Below, in pieces: positions 26,649 through 35,884 of a stretch of DNA of 64,000 bases (position 1 is the first letter of the stretch; each line of letters opens with the position of its first letter). Origin of the DNA: an uncultured Clostridia bacterium (GTDB lineage: Bacteria > Bacillota > Clostridia > Christensenellales > Borkfalkiaceae); NCBI GenBank assembly GCA_947631325.1, contig CANRKX010000001.1:12450-76449 (forward strand), given 5' to 3'. A program made the position numbers and the translations under genes. Below the pieces are notes generated by a model. The model was not told where the DNA came from, ran no database searches, and saw nothing but the letters and a program-made list of their open reading frames with translations.

Positions 26649-27053
26649 TTAAATCCTCTTTATTCTCTTGACTTTAAATTCGCAATGGGGTTTTTCTTCG
26701 ACGTAATACGCCATGATTGCCGCCACTATCGCCGCCTTGACCTCGTCGGGAATGTCGCCGCCGTCCTCAGAAACCGTCAAATCCTTAGCCGCTTCGGATG
26801 TTTGCTGATCGGCAGGCTTTTCCTTGCGCTCCTTCCTCTTCTCGAAAAATTCGCTTATAGCCGCCAAATTATTCGTCTTTCTCATTATAAAGCCTATTAG
26901 CCAAATAATGCCGATTATTATGACAATGCCCGCAAAGACAATCAAAAACCCGATTAAGGCATACACGAAAGGCTCGCCCGCGTTTGAAAAATAATAATTA
27001 TTTGGATTTTGGTCTCCCGTTCCGGGCAGAATATCCAAAAGAGAGTTCAGCAT
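26649..27053 (-). CDS. OadG-like small membrane subunit (gamma/delta) of a decarboxylase
   Basis: Single N-terminal TM helix followed by a charged linker and an alanine-rich C-terminus (AAIVAAIMAYY). Its position inside the cluster supports the call. Confidence 0.65.
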   Translation of the reverse strand: MLNSLLDILPGTGDQNPNNYYFSNAGEPFVYALIGFLIVFAGIVIIIGIIWLIGFIMRKTNNLAAISEFFEKRKERKEKPADQQTSEAAKDLTVSEDGGDIPDEVKAAIVAAIMAYYVEEKPHCEFKVKRIKRI

Positions 27054-27060
27054 CTTTTCC

Positions 27061-28434
27061 TCACTTCAAAAGCATCTGCAACGACGCCGTCAGATACTTT
27101 TTGACAAATGCAGGTTGAATTATATTGTCGATATATCCGCCCTTTGCCGCGTTTACGGGGTCGGAATTCTCGTCGGCGTACTTTAAAATTAGTTTATCCT
27201 TATCTGCTTTTTGACCTTCAAACTCTATTTCCGCGCCCTGAACGCCGTCAAAAAGCGCGATTTTTGCGCTTGCAAAGGCATAACTGTAATCATATCCCAT
27301 CGACTTTGCGGCAAAAAGAGTGTAGCCAAGCCCGATTGCCTTTCCGTACACAACCGAAATTTTAGCCGCGTCGATACAGTCGAGCACGTTGACGTATTCG
27401 CCAATCTCCTTTATCACAAGGCTGTCGTTGACTTCAAGCGACGACTCAATGCCGAGCGCGTTGACAAAGGTGACATAGGGCAAACCGTACCAACTTGCAA
27501 GTTCGGCGAAGTCCTTAAGTTTTCTTATATTGCCTGCATTGAGTTTAACTCCGTCTCCGTCGGCAAATATCGCAGCGGCGATTGCAATGCCGCCCACCCT
27601 TGCGAGATAGCACTTGATTTCGGGATAATACGACGCGCCGACCTCAATCGCCGTGTCCTTATCGAAAACTTTTATAAGCGAATTTGCGGTAACTTTTTTG
27701 TCAAGTTCGGGCAAATCCTCATTAATTTCGTCGCTGTCAATGACGGCAACCGAGAGAATTTCGTTTATTTCGGAGATACTCTTTCTGATTTCCGAAAGGT
27801 TTTTGACATTAAACGAAACAAAATTGGCATGCGCAAGACCCTTTGCCCCTCCCACGTCTTTTTTGGGAAGATTTTTGCCGTCTGCCGCGGAAATTACGAG
27901 GGGGCTGTTGGGTGCAAGTGCGCTCTTGCCATCGACAAAATAAGTAAAATCGCAAAGACCAGCCAAAAGCGAAATCTGTCCGTAGACCTCGCCGTTGACG
28001 ATTAAATATTGAGTGACGCTGCCCTTAAGCTGAGCCGAACGGAGAATGAGCGACGCAAGCCCTTCAAGAACGTTGACTCCCTCGCCTATTCTCACGCCGA
28101 GAGACGACAGCATCCAAATGACGGGCGTCGAAGATTTTTCCGCCTGTTCAAGGCACTTTTCAATCTTCTCGCAATTGGCTTTGCTGACGCCGCCCGAAAG
28201 CACTGCGGCGTTTTGCGCAACGATATAAAAGGGATAGTCGCATATTGTGGCAAAACCCGTCACAACGCCCTCTCCCTGCGCTCCGTCGCCGTAAAATTCG
28301 CTTTCGGAAAAACTGTAACAGGAAAGCTCGACAAAACTGTCCTCATCGACAAGGGCGGCGATATCCGCGCGCACCTCCTTGCCTGCCTCCAATAACTTTT
28401 GCTTACGCTTTTGCAATAAGCTTATTTTATCCAT
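27061..28434 (-). CDS. Acyl-CoA carboxyltransferase subunit (methylmalonyl-/glutaconyl-CoA decarboxylase alpha, 12S-like)
   Basis: Two-lobed carboxyl-transferase (crotonase-like) pattern. AGGAG RBS precedes ATG 28434. The ORF start at 28473 lies upstream of the predicted transcription start. Confidence 0.85.
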   Translation of the reverse strand: MDKISLLQKRKQKLLEAGKEVRADIAALVDEDSFVELSCYSFSESEFYGDGAQGEGVVTGFATICDYPFYIVAQNAAVLSGGVSKANCEKIEKCLEQAEKSSTPVIWMLSSLGVRIGEGVNVLEGLASLILRSAQLKGSVTQYLIVNGEVYGQISLLAGLCDFTYFVDGKSALAPNSPLVISAADGKNLPKKDVGGAKGLAHANFVSFNVKNLSEIRKSISEINEILSVAVIDSDEINEDLPELDKKVTANSLIKVFDKDTAIEVGASYYPEIKCYLARVGGIAIAAAIFADGDGVKLNAGNIRKLKDFAELASWYGLPYVTFVNALGIESSLEVNDSLVIKEIGEYVNVLDCIDAAKISVVYGKAIGLGYTLFAAKSMGYDYSYAFASAKIALFDGVQGAEIEFEGQKADKDKLILKYADENSDPVNAAKGGYIDNIIQPAFVKKYLTASLQMLLK

Positions 28435-28471
28435 AAAATGCTCCTGAAATGCCAAATTTTCCTCATATATC

Positions 28472-28499
28472 ATTTTATCAAAAATGTAAGTAAATGCAA
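28472..28499 (-). promoter_or_regulatory. Candidate promoter of the decarboxylase cluster
   Basis: On the minus strand: TTGCAT (28499-28494), 16-nt spacer, TAAAAT (28477-28472), with TG at the extended -10 position. Confidence 0.5.
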
Positions 28500-28567
28500 G
28501 CTTAATTTACTAAAAAAAAGACAAAAAATTTTTTTGTTTTTAATAAACAAAAAAAGATGACATTGCG

Positions 28568-29470
28568 TCACCTTTTATTCAGATTTAATTTATCCTTTAA
28601 AAATCCGTCAATTTGGTCGGAGTACTTCAAAACAAGCTTGAAGGAAATCAAAATCAGCACGAGAAGGGATAGCCAAATCATTATCCCCCACCACGTGTTG
28701 AAGGGAATCAATTCGAAGGAATATGACGTTGAAACGACCGAAATTGCCCTTGTAATCACGATCATTACAATAAAAAATCTGTCGGTCATCGAAGAAAGCC
28801 CCGCCACGAAACATAAAACGTCGTCTGGAAAGAGCGGCAGCAAGAACATAATAGATAAAATCAAATAATCCTTGCCTTTGAGTTTTTCAAGCCACTTGTC
28901 TATTGAATCCTTGCCCGCAATCCAACACGCCGCCTTATAGCCAATCTTTCTTCCGACGTAAAAAGCGACAATGGAGCCGAGTAAAATGCCGATAAACGAG
29001 TAGACAGCACATTTTAATGGTCCGAACATGGCGACACCAACTCCCACCGCCACCGACCCGGGGACGGGAAGAAGCACGACTTGCAAAAAGCAAAAGGCAA
29101 TGTAAATGAGCGCCGCCATGCTCCCCGTCTGCGAAATATAGTCTCTCAGCCCCTCCACGCTGTTGATTTTGGCAATTAAGCCCGTCGCGCAGAGGGCAAA
29201 GAAAACGACTGCGCATATATCAACAAATACAAGCGAGCAAATAATCAGTCTGAAAGCCGTCTGTTTTTTAAAAATATAGAAAAGCACACCCGCAATAACC
29301 GCCGCGCCGCAAACGGCGAAAGAAATCCAAAATAACAGGTCGAAGTGCTCGCTTATAAATTGGAGGTTTTTATATGCAAGACCGTACGCAATAAAAAGAA
29401 AGGCAACCGCACCGAAAAGTACAACTGCCAAAATGTTAACAGTGTGTTTTAAAACCTCGAAAAATTTCAT
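28568..29470 (-). CDS. TVP38/TMEM64 (DedA-related, VTT-domain) membrane protein
   Basis: Multi-TM protein with LLPVPGSVA ... FG and LPLFPDDVLCFVAGLS motifs. ATG 29470 was chosen because the longer ORF overlaps rnhA. Confidence 0.8.
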   Translation of the reverse strand: MKFFEVLKHTVNILAVVLFGAVAFLFIAYGLAYKNLQFISEHFDLLFWISFAVCGAAVIAGVLFYIFKKQTAFRLIICSLVFVDICAVVFFALCATGLIAKINSVEGLRDYISQTGSMAALIYIAFCFLQVVLLPVPGSVAVGVGVAMFGPLKCAVYSFIGILLGSIVAFYVGRKIGYKAACWIAGKDSIDKWLEKLKGKDYLILSIMFLLPLFPDDVLCFVAGLSSMTDRFFIVMIVITRAISVVSTSYSFELIPFNTWWGIMIWLSLLVLILISFKLVLKYSDQIDGFLKDKLNLNKR

Positions 29471-29552
29471 TGACACTATTATTATATTTAATTCAGATAG
29501 TTTTATAATTATGTAAACTGCCAAAAAGTTTGAAAATTTTGGTTCAAATGGC

Positions 29553-29993
29553 TTAAATTTTAAAATTTTTAACGGCGTCGGTGGCGAGTTTGTCGCAAAT
29601 GTTATTATATTCGTCATCGGCGTGACCCTTTACTTTTTTGAATGAAATTTTATGTATTTTGGCAAGCGAAAGCAATTCGCGCCACAAATCCTCGTTCTGA
29701 ACGGGTTTATTGTCGGCGCGTTTGAAGCCGTTTTGTTCCCAGCCGTACACCCAGCCGTTGGCAAAAGCGTTGACCGTATATGCGGAATCGCTGTAAATTT
29801 CCACTTCGCAGGGCTCTTTCAGGCAATTTAAACCCGCTATTACGGCGGTCATCTCCATCCTGTTGTTGGTTGTCGATTGCTCCGCCCCCGAAAGCCGCTT
29901 TTCCGCCTTTCCGTATCTGAGCACAAAACCCCAACCGCCCACACCGGGATTGCCCGAACATGCGCCGTCGGTATACAAAATCACCTTTTTCAT
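29553..29993 (-). CDS. rnhA: Ribonuclease HI
   Basis: YTDGACSGNPG, NNRMEM and KVKGHADDEYN motifs. ATGA overlap with the proC stop. Confidence 0.92.
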   Translation of the reverse strand: MKKVILYTDGACSGNPGVGGWGFVLRYGKAEKRLSGAEQSTTNNRMEMTAVIAGLNCLKEPCEVEIYSDSAYTVNAFANGWVYGWEQNGFKRADNKPVQNEDLWRELLSLAKIHKISFKKVKGHADDEYNNICDKLATDAVKNFKI

Positions 29994-30802
29994 TTCTCTG
30001 AAAGCTCTTTGGCGCGCTTTACGCATGCGTCAACCGCAGCCGAAACAGTTTGATACAGGTTGCCGTCCTGCAAAACTTTGACCGCCTCGATTGTTGTTCC
30101 GCCCTTACTGCACACCCTCTGAATGAGTTCGGGAAGGGTTTGCTCGTCCGATCTCACCATTTCCGCGGCGCCGAGAACGGTCTCGACGGCGAGGATTTTG
30201 GCTTCATCCTTGGTAAGTCCTTGCTTTACGCCCGCGTCTACAAGAGAGTCTATAAACATAAATACATACGCGGGTCCGCTGCCGCTAATGCCCGTAACGG
30301 CATCCATTTTGCCCTCATTTATGCTTAAAACCGTCGCACAACTGCCGAAAATATTGGTTATGAAGTCGGTATCGTCGGTAGAATTGTTGTAATCAGACAT
30401 ATCGATTCCCACCATTCCGCTGCCAATACTGCAGGGAAGATTGGGCATACAGCGGGCTACCTTGACCATGGAAAGCCCAAAGCTGTTTTTAATGGTATTT
30501 TTTCTCACCCCAGCCATAATTGATATGACCTTATCGGGCTTAAAACCGCCCAAACTTGCCACAACTTCGGCAAAATTCTGCGGCTTTACGGCAAAAAGCA
30601 CAAATTCGCTGTTTTCGGCGACATACCTATTGTCGCAAAAAGTATTTACGCCGAGATAGTCCACTTCCTTCAGATTTTCCTCGGAAATGTCGCTGACAGC
30701 AATCTTCCTTTCGCTTAAAAATTCGGACAGCACCACGCCTTTTAAGATAGCGCGCGCCATAAATCCGCAGCCGATAACGCCCAATTTAAACTTCTTTTTC
30801 AT
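29990..30802 (-). CDS. proC: Pyrroline-5-carboxylate reductase
   Basis: N-terminal GVIGCGFMA Rossmann fold, and the C-terminal GSGPAY ... SKGGTT signature. Confidence 0.93.
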   Translation of the reverse strand: MKKKFKLGVIGCGFMARAILKGVVLSEFLSERKIAVSDISEENLKEVDYLGVNTFCDNRYVAENSEFVLFAVKPQNFAEVVASLGGFKPDKVISIMAGVRKNTIKNSFGLSMVKVARCMPNLPCSIGSGMVGIDMSDYNNSTDDTDFITNIFGSCATVLSINEGKMDAVTGISGSGPAYVFMFIDSLVDAGVKQGLTKDEAKILAVETVLGAAEMVRSDEQTLPELIQRVCSKGGTTIEAVKVLQDGNLYQTVSAAVDACVKRAKELSEK

Positions 30803-30823
30803 AAAATAATCTCCGAAAAACAG

Positions 30824-30852
30824 TTGACTAAATGAATTTTATATAATATAAT
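30824..30852 (+). promoter_or_regulatory. Candidate promoter for tRNA-Trp
   Basis: TTGACT (30824-30829), 17-nt spacer, TATAAT (30847-30852), 19 nt upstream of the tRNA. Confidence 0.5.
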
Positions 30853-30870
30853 CATTTTGTTTTTGAATTT

Positions 30871-30945
30871 AGGGGAGTAGCTCAATGGTAGAGTCGCGGT
30901 CTCCAAAACCGTTGGTTGCATGTTCGAGTCGTGTCTCCCCTGCCA
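30871..30945 (+). tRNA. tRNA-Trp (anticodon CCA), CCA encoded
   Basis: Acceptor aggggag/ctcccct, D-arm agctcaatggtagag, anticodon loop ctCCAaa, T-arm gcatgttcgagtcgtgt, 3' gCCA. Confidence 0.93.
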
Positions 30946-30946
30946 G

Positions 30947-30976
30947 ACGTTCCGATTATATCGGAACGTTTTTTTG
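30947..30976 (+). terminator. Rho-independent terminator after tRNA-Trp
   Basis: acgttccga / ttata / tcggaacgt followed by TTTTTTT. Confidence 0.85.
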
Positions 30977-31037
30977 TCGTATTTTTGCTCATTTAAGCCA
31001 AAATGCAATGTACTATGCGTGACATAAATTCGCTGTT

Positions 31038-32471
31038 TTATACCTTAACCTCGCCCTTTTGACCGAGTACTCCGCCGTTCTCATTCAAAATTGGGTCGAC
31101 TTCGTTTTGAATAAATTCGACCACTTGCGACGGCGCTCTGCCTATAAATTTCTTTGCGTCGAGAATTTCGTTAAGTTTTGAGTGGACGGGCTTAAACATA
31201 TCGTCCGCCTTAATCAGTTCAATCAGATTATTCTCTTTGCCCTCTTCCTTTACGTTTCTTCCCGCTTCCATGGACAGCACTCTTATTCTTTCATGCAGTT
31301 CCTGCCTGTTGCCGCCCGCTTTGACGCATTCCATCATTATGTTTTCGGTCGCCATAAAGGGCAACTCGGCGGCAATGTGCTTTGCAATGACCTTTTCGTA
31401 AACGACGAGATTTTCCGATACATTCATATAGATATTTAATATTCCGTCCAGCGCGAGGAACGCCTGCGCTATCACTATCCTTCTGTTTGCCGAGTCGTCA
31501 AGCGTCCTCTCAAACCATTGGGTGCCCGCCGTAATCGCGCAGTTAGTCGGAAGTGATATTACATATCTTGCAAGCGAGCCTATCCTCTCACTGCGCATGG
31601 GGTTGCGCTTGTACGCCATCGCCGAAGAACCTATTTGTGATTTCTCGAATGGCTCCTCAATTTCTTTCATATTCTGTAAAATTCTTATGTCGTTTGAAAA
31701 TTTATATGCGCTTTGAGCTATCTGCGACAGCACGCAGAGCATATTGTAATCAAATTTTCTCGGATAGGTCTGCCCCGTCACGCCGTAAACTTTATCAAAG
31801 CCCATCTTCTCGACGACTTTGCTTTCAAGTTCCTTGACTTTGCCCTCGTCGCCCGAGAAAAGCTCCATAAAGCTTGCCTGCGTACCCGTTGTGCCCTTCA
31901 CGCCGCGAAGTTTGAAGCTGTTTTCGAGGTTGACGAGGTTATGATAATCCATTGTCAAATCCTGCAACCAGAGAGTTGCGCGCTTTCCGACGGTCGTCAG
32001 CTGTGCGGGCTGTAAATGGGTAAACCCGAGAGTCGGCAAGTCCTTATATTTCAACGCAAAGTTTTTCAGCTTGTCCATGACGTTGACGAGCTTTTCCTTT
32101 ATTATCTGAATTGCGTCATAGGCGATTATCAGCTCGGAATTGCAGTCGACGAAGCAGCTCGTCGCGCCGAGGTGAATTATTGGCATCGCCTTCTTTGCTT
32201 GACTGCCAAAGGCTTTGACGTGTGCCATGACGTCGTGCCTCACCTCCCGCTCGAACTTTTCCGCCAAGTCGAAGTTAATATCTTCGGCGTATTTTTTCAT
32301 CTCGTCGACCTGCTCTTTAGTCACGTTGAGCCCCAGCTCCATTTCGGACTCGGCAAGGGCGATCCACAGCTTGCGCCACAGCTTAAAGCGCTTCTCGTCG
32401 GAAAAGTTTTCCGCCATTTTCCTGCTCGCATAGCGAGTTATCAAGGGGTTCTGATAGACCGAATTATCCAT
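31038..32471 (-). CDS. purB: Adenylosuccinate lyase
   Basis: 477 aa, fumarate-lyase signature GSSAMAYKRNP, PurB-type N-terminus (YQNPLITRYAS). Confidence 0.95.
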   Translation of the reverse strand: MDNSVYQNPLITRYASRKMAENFSDEKRFKLWRKLWIALAESEMELGLNVTKEQVDEMKKYAEDINFDLAEKFEREVRHDVMAHVKAFGSQAKKAMPIIHLGATSCFVDCNSELIIAYDAIQIIKEKLVNVMDKLKNFALKYKDLPTLGFTHLQPAQLTTVGKRATLWLQDLTMDYHNLVNLENSFKLRGVKGTTGTQASFMELFSGDEGKVKELESKVVEKMGFDKVYGVTGQTYPRKFDYNMLCVLSQIAQSAYKFSNDIRILQNMKEIEEPFEKSQIGSSAMAYKRNPMRSERIGSLARYVISLPTNCAITAGTQWFERTLDDSANRRIVIAQAFLALDGILNIYMNVSENLVVYEKVIAKHIAAELPFMATENIMMECVKAGGNRQELHERIRVLSMEAGRNVKEEGKENNLIELIKADDMFKPVHSKLNEILDAKKFIGRAPSQVVEFIQNEVDPILNENGGVLGQKGEVKV

Positions 32472-32487
32472 TTTTATCTCCGTTTAG

Positions 32488-33009
32488 TCAGTTTTTGATG
32501 GGTTTGGGGTAATCGACGCCGAACGTTTCGACCGTCACTTTCTTCATTATCTGCGGCTCTCTGGGTTTGTCGTACCAATCTGTTTTAACCGCCGCCACCC
32601 TGTCAACGACGTCCATTCCCTCAATCACTTTGCCGAATGCGGCGTATTGCCCGTCGAGGTGCGCGGCGTTCTGGTGCATTATAAAGAACTGCGACCCCGC
32701 CGAATCGGGCGCCATAGCCCGCGCCATAGAAAGTACGCCACGGGTGTGCTTTATGTCGTTCTGCTTAAATCCGTTCATTGCAAACTCGCCCTTTATGGTG
32801 TAGCCCGGTCCGCCCGTGCCCTTGCCTGCGGGGTCTCCGCCCTGAATCATAAAGCCGGGGATCACGCGGTGAAAAATAAGCCCGTCGTAAAAGCCGCTCT
32901 TTGCAAGGTCGATAAAATTATTGACGGTGTTGGGCGCCTTGTCGGGGTAGAGCTCGGCAACAATCTTGCCGCCGCCCTCCATTTCAATCGTAATTTGGGG
33001 ATTTTTCAT
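32488..33009 (-). CDS. ppiB: Cyclophilin-type peptidyl-prolyl cis-trans isomerase
   Basis: [15 protein letters not shown] and GSQFFI motifs. Confidence 0.93.
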   Translation of the reverse strand: MKNPQITIEMEGGGKIVAELYPDKAPNTVNNFIDLAKSGFYDGLIFHRVIPGFMIQGGDPAGKGTGGPGYTIKGEFAMNGFKQNDIKHTRGVLSMARAMAPDSAGSQFFIMHQNAAHLDGQYAAFGKVIEGMDVVDRVAAVKTDWYDKPREPQIMKKVTVETFGVDYPKPIKN

Positions 33010-33018
33010 GATTTCTCC

Positions 33019-33471
33019 TTATAAATCGCTGTATTTTTCGAGCTTCACGCCCGCTTCTTCAAATAATTGAAGAGAGAAATTATCGGGATAGCCCTCCTTA
33101 TAGACGACGCGGCTGATACCCGAATTGATTATGATTTTTGCGCATATGACGCACGGCTGGTGCGTGCAGTATAGCGTGCACCCCTCAACGCTGCACCCCA
33201 CCCTTGCCGCCTGAATTATGGCGTTCTGCTCGGCGTGGACGGCATAGCATATTTCCTGCATGGTACCGCTCTGAATGTTCAGTTTCTTTCTCAGACATTC
33301 CTTTTTGTCGACGCAGCTCTGAATACCCTGCGGTGCGCCGTTGTAGCCCGTGGCAATGACGCGCTTGTTCTTGACAATCACCGCGCCGACGTGCCTGTTT
33401 TCCTGAAAACAGCTCGACCAGCTGCCTATCTGTTCGGTCATTTCCATGAAGCGCTTATCCCATTTATCCAT
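33019..33471 (-). CDS. comEB: Deoxycytidylate (dCMP) deaminase
   Basis: Zinc motifs HAEQNAI and PCVICAK. A GAGAGG RBS fits ATG 33471 (MDKWDKRFM...). Confidence 0.88.
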   Translation of the reverse strand: MDKWDKRFMEMTEQIGSWSSCFQENRHVGAVIVKNKRVIATGYNGAPQGIQSCVDKKECLRKKLNIQSGTMQEICYAVHAEQNAIIQAARVGCSVEGCTLYCTHQPCVICAKIIINSGISRVVYKEGYPDNFSLQLFEEAGVKLEKYSDL

Positions 33472-33541
33472 AAGATACCTCTCAACCTTTTCCATTGTAG
33501 CATAATCAATGCAAAATTGCAATTTTTTAACTTCTTATTGT

Positions 33542-33570
33542 TTGAATTTATTTCGCATAGTTTATAAAAT
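33542..33570 (+). promoter_or_regulatory. Candidate groESL promoter
   Basis: TTGAAT (33542-33547), 17-nt spacer, TAAAAT (33565-33570). Confidence 0.5.
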
Positions 33571-33609
33571 AAACGTGACAAAAAAGATTTTTCAGGAGGA
33601 TTTTATTAA

Positions 33610-33894
33610 ATGACCATCAAGCCTTTGTTCGACAAAGTTGTTGTCGAAGGTCTTAAAGCCGAAGAAAAGACCAAAAGCGGTCTCTATCTTACCGCCGCAT
33701 CTCAGGAAAAGCCCGCTACCTGCGTGGTAGTTGCGGTAGGTCCCGGCGGAATTGTCGACGGCAAGGAAGTCAAAATGCAGGTTAAAGTGGGCGACAAGGT
33801 CCTGCTCTCCAAGTACAGCGGCACCGAAGTCAAGGTTGACGAAAAGGAATATACGATCATCCGCCAGAGCGACATCTTGGCGATAGTCGAATAA
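33610..33894 (+). CDS. groES: Co-chaperonin GroES
   Basis: 94 aa, IKPLFDKVVV ... KSGLYL ... GDKVLLSKY. AGGAGG RBS. Confidence 0.97.
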   Translation: MTIKPLFDKVVVEGLKAEEKTKSGLYLTAASQEKPATCVVVAVGPGGIVDGKEVKMQVKVGDKVLLSKYSGTEVKVDEKEYTIIRQSDILAIVE

Positions 33895-33908
33895 TTTTAA
33901 GGAGATAA

Positions 33909-35543
<1,635 letters not shown>

Positions 35544-35570
35544 TAAAAAACCAAATTTAATGTCAAACCA

Positions 35571-35602
35571 AGCGGGAGCTCCTCAACGAGCCCCCGCTTT
35601 TC
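35571..35602 (+). terminator. Rho-independent terminator after groEL
   Basis: gcgggagctc / ctcaac / gagcccccgc (one mismatch) followed by TTTTC. Confidence 0.8.
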
Positions 35603-35649
35603 ATTCCGCTGAACGCTACAAAAGCGTTTTATCACACAGTCCCTAACCC

Positions 35650-35735
35650 CCGTCCACTCCTGTCATCCTGCGCATATCAAGAAATCCACCGTCCACTCCT
35701 GTCATCCTGAGCGGAGCGCGGCGTTTACGCCGCGC
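35650..35735. repeat. Intergenic repeat element: two 21-bp direct repeats plus a GC hairpin
   Basis: ccgtccactcctgtcatcctg occurs at 35650-35670 and 35689-35709 (perfect copies, 39-bp period). Hairpin gcgcggcg / ttta / cgccgcgc follows at 35716-35735. Confidence 0.75.
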
Positions 35736-35821
35736 AAAGCCGAAGGATCCCATCGGGTATGCGGTTACTATTCCTAAATATTTTTGCCTTATTATCACCT
35801 TCCTACTTTTTAATGAGAAAA

Positions 35822-35848
35822 TTGCGCACACCACGAAGATGTGCGCAA
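35822..35848 (-). terminator. Rho-independent terminator after the lipoprotein gene
   Basis: ttgcgcaca / 9-nt loop / tgtgcgcaa, followed on the minus strand by TTTTCTCATT. Confidence 0.7.
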
Positions 35849-35884
35849 GAATAGTTTTTAAATTAATTTTTTATCACTATTATT

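Noticed and set aside
27211-28005. 264-aa plus-strand ORF
   Set aside because: It is antisense to the acyl-CoA carboxyltransferase gene, with no independent signals.
35650-35709. Possible mini-CRISPR array
   Set aside because: There are only two 21-bp repeat copies, with an 18-bp spacer between them and no cas genes. No other repeat/spacer array occurs anywhere in the window.
35643-35834. 63-aa minus-strand ORF with the duplicated peptide RMTGVDGG
   Set aside because: The duplication is a translation artefact of the 21-bp DNA direct repeat. The ORF also spans a GC hairpin and has no RBS, so it was treated as a non-coding repeat element.
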